Part shown: positions 9,554-18,468 of the stretch, piece after piece
Position numbering within the stretch: the first letter of the stretch is position 1
How the letters are laid out: each line of letters opens with the position of its first letter
Source: Candidatus Obscuribacterales bacterium
GTDB lineage: Bacteria; Cyanobacteriota; Vampirovibrionia; Obscuribacterales; Obscuribacteraceae
Assembly (NCBI GenBank): GCA_965228855.1
Contig: CBDDIJ010000003.1
Location: 2,016,001 to 2,080,000, forward strand
Direction of reading: 5' to 3'
Length of the DNA: 64,000 nt
The notes under the pieces: generated by a model
Database searches by the model: none
Told to the model about the DNA's origin: nothing
What the model saw: the letters and a program-made list of their open reading frames with translations, nothing else
Program-made: the position numbers and the translations under genes

Positions 9554-10258
9554 TCACTTCTGTTTAAAACTTTCTTTTGCAGAGCCATTACCATCGTTGA
9601 AGCTGGAAACATTCTTCTCTGCCTTAAAACTCTCTTCCATGGTTGCGACGGCATCGGCGCCTGATAAATTACAAAGACTCTGACGAGCAGAAGCCGCTAC
9701 ATTCCGCCATTCGCTTGGGTTCGTGTCCTTGTGTATTTCACGCGGGAATGTGTACTTGGAGTATGTCTGGTACTCGGAAGCAAGCCGCTCGCATTGATAC
9801 CGACACATATTTCGAAGCATAGTTAGCTCAGTCGAGTTAAGCTTTTGCCAATTTGGAAACTTTCTCTGAATGTAAATGGCAAGCTGAGATCCCAAGTAAT
9901 TACCTGGAGTTAGCGAACATCCATGGTAACGCAGCTTGCATTGGTTCCAGAATTCCTTGTGATATGTGATGTGTTCTGAGTCACCGTCCGTAGACGCAAC
10001 CACACTTCGAGCTATTTCATCGTCGCGCCCCTCGTGCGATGGATCCAATTTTTGAAGGAAGAACTGAATTTCCGGAGTTCTCTGACACATTGCGTCAAAA
10101 AGTAGATTCAATCGAGCACAGTCTTGATCGGAAAAACCAGATTGATTCTGCTGATCATCGACGACTGCCGAGGGCGACTGTCCAGTGGACTGTTGAGCCC
10201 ATGCAGAATTCGCAGACAGAACCAAAAGTACCACCAGACACGCCACTAAGGTTCGCAA
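9554..10258 (-). CDS. Secreted hypothetical protein
   Basis: Signal peptide MRTLVACLVVLLVLSANSAWA and a predicted helical body. Confidence 0.65.
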   Translation of the reverse strand: MRTLVACLVVLLVLSANSAWAQQSTGQSPSAVVDDQQNQSGFSDQDCARLNLLFDAMCQRTPEIQFFLQKLDPSHEGRDDEIARSVVASTDGDSEHITYHKEFWNQCKLRYHGCSLTPGNYLGSQLAIYIQRKFPNWQKLNSTELTMLRNMCRYQCERLASEYQTYSKYTFPREIHKDTNPSEWRNVAASARQSLCNLSGADAVATMEESFKAEKNVSSFNDGNGSAKESFKQK

Positions 10259-10384
10259 ACTTTTCCCTCACCAGCAAACAGCCAAGATTGATCATATCAA
10301 CTACAAAAATAAATGCTCGCCACAGGCAAATCCTGCTCACCATTTCGACGCCTTCTTGATTGATATTTTGTATGATAGCTGTCT

Positions 10385-12312
10385 ATGACCGAACGCGCAG
10401 ACGATCTCTTCAAACGATTAGACCCTGATGGACGGTACGAAAACGTCGAGCAGATAGGAAGCGGTGGGATGGGCACAGTTTATCGTGCTCTTGATACTCG
10501 TTTGCTAATTACAGTTGCGATAAAAGTTTTACACCAGAGCAGCGCGCAGGCACTCGTCAGATTTCAGCAAGAAGCACGCGCACTAAGCGCCTTGCAGCAT
10601 GACGGCATCGTAAAAATCTACGACTTCTTCGCGTGCGAAGAGGAGGTTTTACTGATTATGGAATTTGTCGACGGAAAAACCGTTCGACAAATCCTCGATG
10701 AACAGGGAGTTTTTGAAACGGAAGATGCAATCAAGATTGCCTTAGAGGTCAGTCGTGCCATCAAGCATGCGCACGCCAATGGCATCATTCATAGAGACTT
10801 AAAACCTGACAATGTTATGGTCACCACTGACGGTGCAGTCAAAGTTCTAGACTTTGGAATCGCAAAATTGCTTCAAACCGATGACGTGTTCGGAACGTTA
10901 ACACGCGCAGGACAACTTATTGGAAGTCCAATGTATATGAGTCCGGAGCAGTTACAGGGTCAACAAGCAACGGTGCAAACCGACATTTATGGTCTGGGTC
11001 TGCTCCTGTTTCACATGCTTGCTGCTCGAAGTCCGTTTCGCTCGGAGACCGTTTCAACAATGCTTGAAGAACGGCTACACATGCCACCAACCAAGGTAGC
11101 CGAGTTTATAGGGCAAGAGAAGTTGGGTCAGGAAATCGATAGAGTTCTTGCAGTGGCATTGGCTCCAGAACCAAGCAGACGCTATCGCAATATGGCTGCA
11201 TTCGAGTCTGACTTAAACGTACTCAAAAGGTTACCGAGCCACTCGTCCTATAGCCCGCCTGCGGAATTGAAGCCGCCGTCAAACGAAGCAGAGCCTAGAC
11301 CAAAGTCCGCGAAGGTCGCACTGCTGGCAATACCACTGGTTTTAATTACGGTTCTCTTCATTGCAACTGCAGTTTTTCTAACACAACCGTCAGATACCGA
11401 GAAGCTTCTAAAGGGTCCTGCCAAAAGCCAGCACCAGCAGATCGAGATTTTGCCACAAAACGTCGAAGTGGATGAACCAGAGTCGGGCGACACGCAAAAT
11501 CCGGACGTCGCACCTCCCGGTTTCACGTCGGACGACGACAACGGAACGCGGACGGAAACATTCAGTAAGGCACGAGAACCTATCACAAAAGAAAAAATTG
11601 ATTCCGCTCTGAAGGCAAAAATTCGATATCTCAGCTTCGAAGGCAGCGCAACTTTAACGATGAGTATCTCAGGATGCTTAAGGACGCGCCGATATACGCA
11701 CTGGATTTGCGCTCCACTGCCACCGGCATTGGTGGCATGAAAGCACTTCGAGAATTGCCGAAGCTCAACTGGCTCATTCTCAGCAATTCAGACTTCTCTG
11801 ATCAAGGGGTGGAAGTTTTGGGTCCAATGCCGAACTTGAGGAAATTGGAGTTGCACAACTGCCGAAAGTTTACAGACCGTGGTTTAGAATCCCTGGTCTC
11901 AACTTATCCAAAGCTCCAGCTGCTCGATATCGGCGAAACCTCAATCACGACCCTGAAACCGTTGAAGGAGCTGAGACACCTACAGCTCCTACGTGCGGGG
12001 AGAACTGAAATTACCGATGAAGACATCGCTTTCCTGAGAGAACCCCTCAGAACGCTCTACATTATCGGATGTCCAAACATAACGGACCAATCTCTAGCTA
12101 GTCTCGCTCAGATCAAAACGCTAAACTTCGTAGCTCTAAAAGCCTGTCCTAAAATCTCGGTCAAGGCTATTCGTAAATTCATTGCCTCCACCGGATGCAG
12201 AGTAAGTTTTATATCAAAACAAGCAAAGCAGCCCAAAGTTCGCGATGCAATAAAGGACTCTTTCGCGGACCTGGACTCTCTCGATGAAAGTTCGAGCGAT
12301 TATCGTCCCTAG
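10385..12312 (+). pseudogene. Hanks Ser/Thr kinase - TM - leucine-rich-repeat protein, split by a frameshift near 11648 (ORFs 10385..11740 and 11674..12312)
   Basis: GSGGMG, VAIK, HRDLKPDN, DFG, SPEQ, TM segment LLAIPLVLITVLFIATAVFL, then LRRs in the other frame. Removing 2 nt at 11648-11649 gives LSFEGSNFNDEYL, matching the downstream LRR LILSNSDFSDQGV. Could be a sequencing/assembly error. Confidence 0.75.
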
Positions 12313-12359
12313 TTGCATTGCAATTCGCGCAACTTTTCGAGCGATTGTATGATTTGAGT

Positions 12360-12818
12360 ATGAATTTCGAAGAAAGCAGCGCCTTAGAACAACTTCGTGC
12401 GGACCTGAGACCGAACGAGAGGATATACGTGTTCGGACCAGGCGGAGATAAGAACATGAATAAAGTTCCGGCGCTCAAAAAATTTCTCGGTTTCACGGTA
12501 TTTTCTATTGCTGCCGGTACGATTGGTTGGCTCGCGCCCCTCCCCTGGGAAATTCAAATGTTCTTTGGGATTTTACCCATTCCAATATTTGCATTTGGTT
12601 TCTGGGTCGTTGCAGTCGAATTCGTCAACGATAAGGATACTGAAGATAGTTTCTACGCACTTACTAACCACCGTCTATTACATCTCGACGATAGCCTTGT
12701 GCAGACCGTTGCGAAACGCTCCGAAATAAAGAAGATGCAGTCAACCGAACGTACAATGTCGCTTTACTTTAACGGACGGGCACTTCTCATAAAGAAGCTA
12801 AGGACTGATGAAGCCTGA
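12360..12818 (+). CDS. Two-TM membrane protein with possible bacterial PH-like C-terminal domain
   Basis: Two hydrophobic segments followed by YALTNHRLL. Start chosen at ATG 12360 within ORF 12318..12818. Confidence 0.6.
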   Translation: MNFEESSALEQLRADLRPNERIYVFGPGGDKNMNKVPALKKFLGFTVFSIAAGTIGWLAPLPWEIQMFFGILPIPIFAFGFWVVAVEFVNDKDTEDSFYALTNHRLLHLDDSLVQTVAKRSEIKKMQSTERTMSLYFNGRALLIKKLRTDEA

Positions 12819-12820
12819 AG

Positions 12821-13498
12821 CTAAAAAACATCTGGTCGAAGAACGGGTTGACTCCAATTAGTCTTCCTGCCGCTATCCAGACGCTGCAACTCGTCTCTAA
12901 ACATAAGCTCCATCGAAGTCAGCTTGATACGATAAACTTTGTCTCGAAATGAGTTGGAGTCAAAAATCCGAACCTTCTTCATTGCATCTTTAACGTGTGA
13001 GTCGAAATCTTCACTCAGACTGTTTTGAGTAATTTCCAGATCCTCGACTTGTCCATCGTTCCCAATACGAAACCTTACTTCGCAGAGCAACAAATTACCA
13101 TTGCAACTGGTCTTAAGGTAGGAACGCATAGATCTTCTCAAACTTTGAATAACCGATGTTTCCAAAGGAGCTCTTGAGCGCGAGCCGAATCCATACGACT
13201 CAGTTTTTGAACTCCGAACGCTGGTGTCGTCGTATAGCGACAGTTCTGCAGCGCTGTAGTTTGGCCCCACCGAATCATCACTGTCAGAAACCTCTGAAGC
13301 ACCAGCTGCGGTACCAGTAGTTTCCGATTCTGTGCCAACGCTCTCGTTGACCATGGAGGGTTGTCCGCAGGCTTCTCCAAGATCAGTTTCAGGTGCAGAG
13401 AAAACGACATCGCATGTCAGAGTAAAGCTGATGAGGACTGCGGCTATGAATGCGTTCGATTTCACACGACGTTCCTCTAATTCAAACAACAGGTTCAA
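12821..13498 (-). CDS. TonB/TolA C-terminal-like domain protein
   Basis: N-terminal hydrophobic segment, acidic linker, then VRFRIGNDGQVEDLEITQNS...FDSHVKDAM. Confidence 0.6.
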   Translation of the reverse strand: MNLLFELEERRVKSNAFIAAVLISFTLTCDVVFSAPETDLGEACGQPSMVNESVGTESETTGTAAGASEVSDSDDSVGPNYSAAELSLYDDTSVRSSKTESYGFGSRSRAPLETSVIQSLRRSMRSYLKTSCNGNLLLCEVRFRIGNDGQVEDLEITQNSLSEDFDSHVKDAMKKVRIFDSNSFRDKVYRIKLTSMELMFRDELQRLDSGRKTNWSQPVLRPDVF

Positions 13499-13733
13499 GA
13501 TCCATTAAATCACGCATGAGAAACTTCACTCGAAGTTCACCGCGCTCCATAATCCACAGCCAGTCTAATGACATCCAATCAAATCTTGAGTTTGGAGAAC
13601 GCCAAGTGAACTCTGCCCGCAGTCGAAATAGACAGGCGCAGTCCCAAGAATTGTATTTTTCGAGCGTGGAAACAGTTCCAGCCTCCAAGAACCGGCTAAA
13701 ATGTCAGGCTGTATGGCGTCTAGGAACTGAATC

Positions 13734-15296
13734 ATGGGTTACTCGGACTTAAGAGAATTTTTGCAAGAACTCGAGCGAGACGGGGAGCTGATGCGTATAA
13801 CGGCACCCGTTTCCACCGACCTCGAAATCGCGGCGATCACCGACCGAGTAAGCAAGTCTACGGACGGCAACAATAAAGCGTTGCTGTTTACCAATGTAAA
13901 AGGCTATGACATGCCTGTTTTGATTAACGCATTCGGTTCAAACAACCGAATACGCAAATCGTTGCAGGTGCAAGACCTCGATGAAATCGCCGATCGAATC
14001 CGGAAGCTGATTAAACCGAAGGTGCCAGAAAACTTCGTCGATAAGCTCGCAATGCTTCCGATGCTGATGGAAGTAGGACGGTTTCCTCCAAAACATTTAA
14101 AAGGCGCCGCGCCCTGTCAGGAAGTCGTGATCACTGACCCGTCAGAGCCGATGCTCGACAAGATTCCGATTATCAAATGCTGGCCGGACGACGCTGGTCC
14201 GTTCGTCACGCTTGGAGTCGTGATCACGAAAGATCCGAAGAACGGGCACAGAAACCTCGGCGTATACCGCCTGCAGAAATACGATAACAAAACGACCGGC
14301 ATGCACTGGCACAAGCATCATGATGGCGCGCGCCATTTCGAAGAAAGCCGGCGGCAAATGGAAACCGGCGTCCAGCCCGAGGAGCCGCCGAACTATGGAA
14401 CGTTCTTCGACAAAGACCAATATCAAAAGCCCGGAAATCGACTGGAAGTTGCTATCGCGTTAGGCTGCGAGCCAGAAGTCACATATGCCGCGACCGCTCC
14501 GCTACCACCGGATATCGACGAGCTGCTTTTTGCAGGCTTCCTCAAGTCGGCACCGGTCAAAATAACCAAGTGCAAAACCATCGACCTTGAGGTTCCCGCA
14601 AACGCGGAGATCATTATAGAAGGATACGTCGATCAGGAGGACCTCCGCACCGAGGGACCGTTCGGAGACCACACAGGCTTTTACAGCCTCGCCGGACTAT
14701 TCCCAACTCTGCATGTGACGGCCGTCACCCACCGTCGCGATCCGATTTATCAAACCACAATCGTCGGAAAGCCGCCCCAAGAAGACTGCTATCTGGGAAA
14801 AGCCACGGAAAGAATTTTCCTGCCGATGGTGCAAATGCTCGTCCCTGAAATAGTCGACATGAACCTGCCCTGGGAAGGCGTCTTTCATAACTGTGTTATT
14901 GTCTCCATCGACAAGCGATTTCCCGGTCATGCCCGTAAGGTAATGAGCGCTCTCTGGGGGCTTGGTCAGTTGATGTTCACTAAATTTGCAATCGTGCTCG
15001 ATAAGGATGTCGATATTCAAAACCTATCGGAGGTGGCGCTGCATGTGTTTGGAAACACTGATCCGAAGCGAGACATGATGTTTGCCGAAGGACCACTGGA
15101 CATTCTCGATCACGCTTCGCCGCTGATGAGTTACGGTTCCAAAGTTGGAATCGATGCCACGCGAAAGTGGAAATCTGAGGGCTTCGACCGAATTTGGCCG
15201 GATCCGATCGTAATGACAAAGGAAGTCGACGCGATGGTTGAATCGCGTTGGGCCGAGTATGGTTTTCAAAAACATCTAACTACAACTCGGCGGTAA
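13734..15296 (+). CDS. ubiD: UbiD-family prFMN-dependent decarboxylase, probably the menaquinone (futalosine) pathway MqnL type
   Basis: DLREFL..LE..GEL, NLGVYR, EGPFGDHTGFY, GKPPQED, GPLDILDHA, KVGIDAT. mqnE lies in the same window. Confidence 0.9.
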   Translation: MGYSDLREFLQELERDGELMRITAPVSTDLEIAAITDRVSKSTDGNNKALLFTNVKGYDMPVLINAFGSNNRIRKSLQVQDLDEIADRIRKLIKPKVPENFVDKLAMLPMLMEVGRFPPKHLKGAAPCQEVVITDPSEPMLDKIPIIKCWPDDAGPFVTLGVVITKDPKNGHRNLGVYRLQKYDNKTTGMHWHKHHDGARHFEESRRQMETGVQPEEPPNYGTFFDKDQYQKPGNRLEVAIALGCEPEVTYAATAPLPPDIDELLFAGFLKSAPVKITKCKTIDLEVPANAEIIIEGYVDQEDLRTEGPFGDHTGFYSLAGLFPTLHVTAVTHRRDPIYQTTIVGKPPQEDCYLGKATERIFLPMVQMLVPEIVDMNLPWEGVFHNCVIVSIDKRFPGHARKVMSALWGLGQLMFTKFAIVLDKDVDIQNLSEVALHVFGNTDPKRDMMFAEGPLDILDHASPLMSYGSKVGIDATRKWKSEGFDRIWPDPIVMTKEVDAMVESRWAEYGFQKHLTTTRR

Positions 15297-15303
15297 TCGA
15301 GTA

Positions 15304-16710
15304 TTGAAACGGAAAGTTGAATGTTTCAATCTTCTTGAGAAACTGCTGTCAGCATTCGATCAGCGCAGGGGTTTAAACTCTCGAGCCTACATAATATTGA
15401 TGCTCTGGGTCTCAATAGTTTTTGGGAATCTTGCGATTAGCCCAACGCAAGCCAAACCGGCTGATGATCATGTGAAGGTCGGGAAGCAGCTTCTCTCGAC
15501 TGGCAACTTCCCGGCCGCGGCCAAAAGTTTTTCCCAAGCTCTTCAACTCGATCCTTCTAACGCCGAGGCACTTGCACTGCGGGGGTTCATACTTTACTGG
15601 ATGAATAAACCGCAGCTAGCAATTCAAGACTTGGATAAGTCTGTCCAAATAGATCCGAAAAACTATTCTGGTTGGACGTCTAGAGCCGAGGTTTTGCGAC
15701 ATCTTCAGCGTTATGATGAGTCGAGAAAAGATCTCGATAAAGCTATAGCACTGAAGCCAAACCTTCCCGATGCGTACTATCTGAGAGGTTTGTCCAGTCT
15801 CTTGCAGGGGCTGCACGTCCGCGCACAGCAAGACTTTACAAGCGCTATCAAACTCGGGCAATCTCATAAGTACGTCAACTTCGCTTACTACTGGCGCGGT
15901 CGAACCGAAGAGATGCAGGAAAATTATCGAGCGGCAATCGACGACTTCACAAAGTCCATGAGCCTTGGCAAACCTCAGTCTCGCACGATTCGCCATCTCG
16001 ATCCCAAAGCCATCTATATGTATTCCGCCGGGGAGTCAAAAGCAGGTTCGCTCGGATTGCTTGAACGCGGGCTCTGTTACAGCGCTGTCGGCGAGCACGA
16101 GAAAGCGATTGCGGACCTCACCGAAGTATTGAAGACAAGTCCAAAGGAAACCTTGTTGTACGAGAAGCGCGGAAACGCTCTGCTGGCGCTGGGGAAGTAT
16201 CAGGACGCGCTGAAAGACTTTAATCGCGCGCTTCTATTAGGTACGGAATCCGGTGATGTTTATTTCCATCTCGGACTCGCGCACTTCTGTTTGAAAAAAT
16301 ACTCGAACACCACGAGAGACTTCTCAGCTTGGTTCGAGAGGACCTTTTGGGAAGACGATAAGAAAAATCCGCTGGCATTGACGATGACAATCTTATCGAT
16401 GAAACGCTCGCAACAAGATGCTCAGGTCCCCAAATTGCTGAAAGATGCAAATAGTGGAATGGCAAAAACAGTAGGTTGGCGAAAGTCAGTCCTGAGCATG
16501 CTGCAACACAAGATCAGCGCGGAACAGTTCGTCGCTCAGACAGAGAAGAAATCGCTCAAAGATAGGACCCAAGCGCGTTGTTACGCCTCACTTTACTTGC
16601 TTTCAGAAAGCAAAGCGAAAGAAGCGAAACAGCACTTCGAGTGGATGAAATCTAAAGGCGACCGAAACCTACTGGAATTCACCATTTTGGACGCTGAATT
16701 CCAACCCTAG
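15304..16710 (+). CDS. Secreted multi-TPR protein (NlpI-like C-terminus)
   Basis: About 8 TPR units (ALALRG, AYYLRG, AYYWRG, LYEKRG) and a signal-like segment ...TQA. Start uncertain. Confidence 0.8.
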   Translation: MKRKVECFNLLEKLLSAFDQRRGLNSRAYIILMLWVSIVFGNLAISPTQAKPADDHVKVGKQLLSTGNFPAAAKSFSQALQLDPSNAEALALRGFILYWMNKPQLAIQDLDKSVQIDPKNYSGWTSRAEVLRHLQRYDESRKDLDKAIALKPNLPDAYYLRGLSSLLQGLHVRAQQDFTSAIKLGQSHKYVNFAYYWRGRTEEMQENYRAAIDDFTKSMSLGKPQSRTIRHLDPKAIYMYSAGESKAGSLGLLERGLCYSAVGEHEKAIADLTEVLKTSPKETLLYEKRGNALLALGKYQDALKDFNRALLLGTESGDVYFHLGLAHFCLKKYSNTTRDFSAWFERTFWEDDKKNPLALTMTILSMKRSQQDAQVPKLLKDANSGMAKTVGWRKSVLSMLQHKISAEQFVAQTEKKSLKDRTQARCYASLYLLSESKAKEAKQHFEWMKSKGDRNLLEFTILDAEFQP

Positions 16711-16920
16711 AAACGCCTGACTCAAACGGTTATAGAACCTCAAACCCTGTTATTATGAAAATCAGGTTTTCAAGAGGTAGTTTTTAATTTTGAGCGTGTT
16801 GAATCCTGTGCTTAGGGGGCATAAGAGAAATACGAACTCAATTCTTCTCGCCGCAAATGGAAATACGCGTCGGAGAGAGTTTGGCTTGGTCGTTATCCTA
16901 TATTCTCGTGAGCGTGCGTC

Positions 16921-18132
16921 ATGAAGCAATTGAAGCGCATAGTTGTACTTTTCGTGGCCGGAATTATGATGGCCGGCATGGCTTACCAACCTGCCCAGGG
17001 GCACAAGGTTGAGCCGGACGAAGTGTACCATCGCGCATGGCAACTCGTTAAAGACAACTATTACGATGCCGGTTTTAACGGTGTCAACTGGAAAGAACTT
17101 GAGCACAAGTACGACTCCAAGATCAACAATCTGGACGACGCGCACAAGTACATCAAAGTGATGCTGAAGAGCCTCAACGATCCTTACACACGTTTCCTGG
17201 ATCCAAGAGCGTTCCAAGACGAGAATGATGCAATCGACGCAAAAATCGTCGGCATCGGAATCAACCTTCAGCAAACCAAAGATAAGGCGAAACTCCTCAT
17301 CACCAGAACGATCGAAGATGGTCCCGCTGAAAAGGCTGGTATCAGAGCTGGTGACGAAATCGTCGCTATCGACAACTCGAATGCAGTCGGCATCACACCT
17401 GAGCAAGCCGCAGAAAAAATCCGTGGTCAAGCAGGAACCAGCGTGAGTCTGACCGTCAAACGCGAGAAAGATAACGAAGCCAAAAAGATCGCTATCGTCA
17501 GAAGTGAAATCGTTATCAAAGCGGTTTCGACCAAGATGCTCGAAAACAATATCGGTTACATCCAGCTCACAACCTTCATTTCCAATGATGCTGCCAGAGA
17601 GTTCAAACAAGCACTGAGAAAGTACAACAAAGCCGATGGTCTTGTCGTCGACCTCAGAGATAATCCGGGCGGACTTCTCTCCAACGCACTCGAAATCGCA
17701 GACATGCTTCTCGAGAGCGGTCCCATCGTCAGCACCATCAGCAGACACGGCAAGCACACAGACCTCTCATCCGGTACACCGGTCACACATCAACCCATAG
17801 TTGTTCTCATCGATGAAGAAAGCGCCAGCGCAAGTGAAATTCTCGCCAGCGCCCTCAAAGATAACAAACGCGCCAAGCTCGTCGGCAACAAGAGCTACGG
17901 CAAAGGACTCGTTCAAGAGATCAACAAACTTCCGGGCGGCGCTGCAGTTCACATCACAGTATCGCGCTACCTGACCCCCAACGGCAGCGACATCAACAAG
18001 ATCGGAGTCAAGCCCGACTTCCAGGTTCAAGTCAAAGAAGAGCAACTCGACAGAGCCGTCGACTGCTTGAAGAGCGAAATCGCAAGCTTGAAAAACCCGG
18101 TCAGAACAAGCAGCTTGTCGTTCAGCAGATAA
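16921..18132 (+). CDS. ctpA: C-terminal processing peptidase, S41A family (PDZ + peptidase)
   Basis: MLKSLNDPYTRFL, GIGI (PDZ), DLRDNPGG, SASASEI (catalytic Ser), GKGLVQ (catalytic Lys), signal peptide. Confidence 0.93.
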   Translation: MKQLKRIVVLFVAGIMMAGMAYQPAQGHKVEPDEVYHRAWQLVKDNYYDAGFNGVNWKELEHKYDSKINNLDDAHKYIKVMLKSLNDPYTRFLDPRAFQDENDAIDAKIVGIGINLQQTKDKAKLLITRTIEDGPAEKAGIRAGDEIVAIDNSNAVGITPEQAAEKIRGQAGTSVSLTVKREKDNEAKKIAIVRSEIVIKAVSTKMLENNIGYIQLTTFISNDAAREFKQALRKYNKADGLVVDLRDNPGGLLSNALEIADMLLESGPIVSTISRHGKHTDLSSGTPVTHQPIVVLIDEESASASEILASALKDNKRAKLVGNKSYGKGLVQEINKLPGGAAVHITVSRYLTPNGSDINKIGVKPDFQVQVKEEQLDRAVDCLKSEIASLKNPVRTSSLSFSR

Positions 18133-18161
18133 TTAGCAACGTCGGACGCTAATAACCTCTC

Positions 18162-18196
18162 AGATGCCGGTGCCGCAAGGTCCGGCATTTGTGTTT
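18162..18196 (+). terminator. Intrinsic terminator after ctpA
   Basis: Stem AGATGCCGG...CCGGCATTT with inner CC-GCAA-GG loop, followed by a T-rich tail. Confidence 0.65.
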
Positions 18197-18468
18197 AGAA
18201 AGAAACCGTCCCGACTATCGCCCATCAATCTATCAGCGACGGAATTCGCTAAATCCGTCGCTCGCTCATTGACAGGGCTCATCTGGAGTCGTCGAAATTA
18301 ATACCCGCGGACTGGAAACAAGTGTCTGAAAACGGGGCTTTTAGTTGACATAATAGAAAATGATGTCAAGATTACATTTAGAGGTCGTCTTCTTGACCTA
18401 AATTCTGAGAAGCAGCGCCATGTGGGTCAGTTGCTCACCTTCTGAATTTTAAGCTCATAATTTACTAA

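Noticed and set aside
16762..17757. 331-aa minus-strand ORF
   Set aside because: Antisense shadow of ctpA with no motifs.
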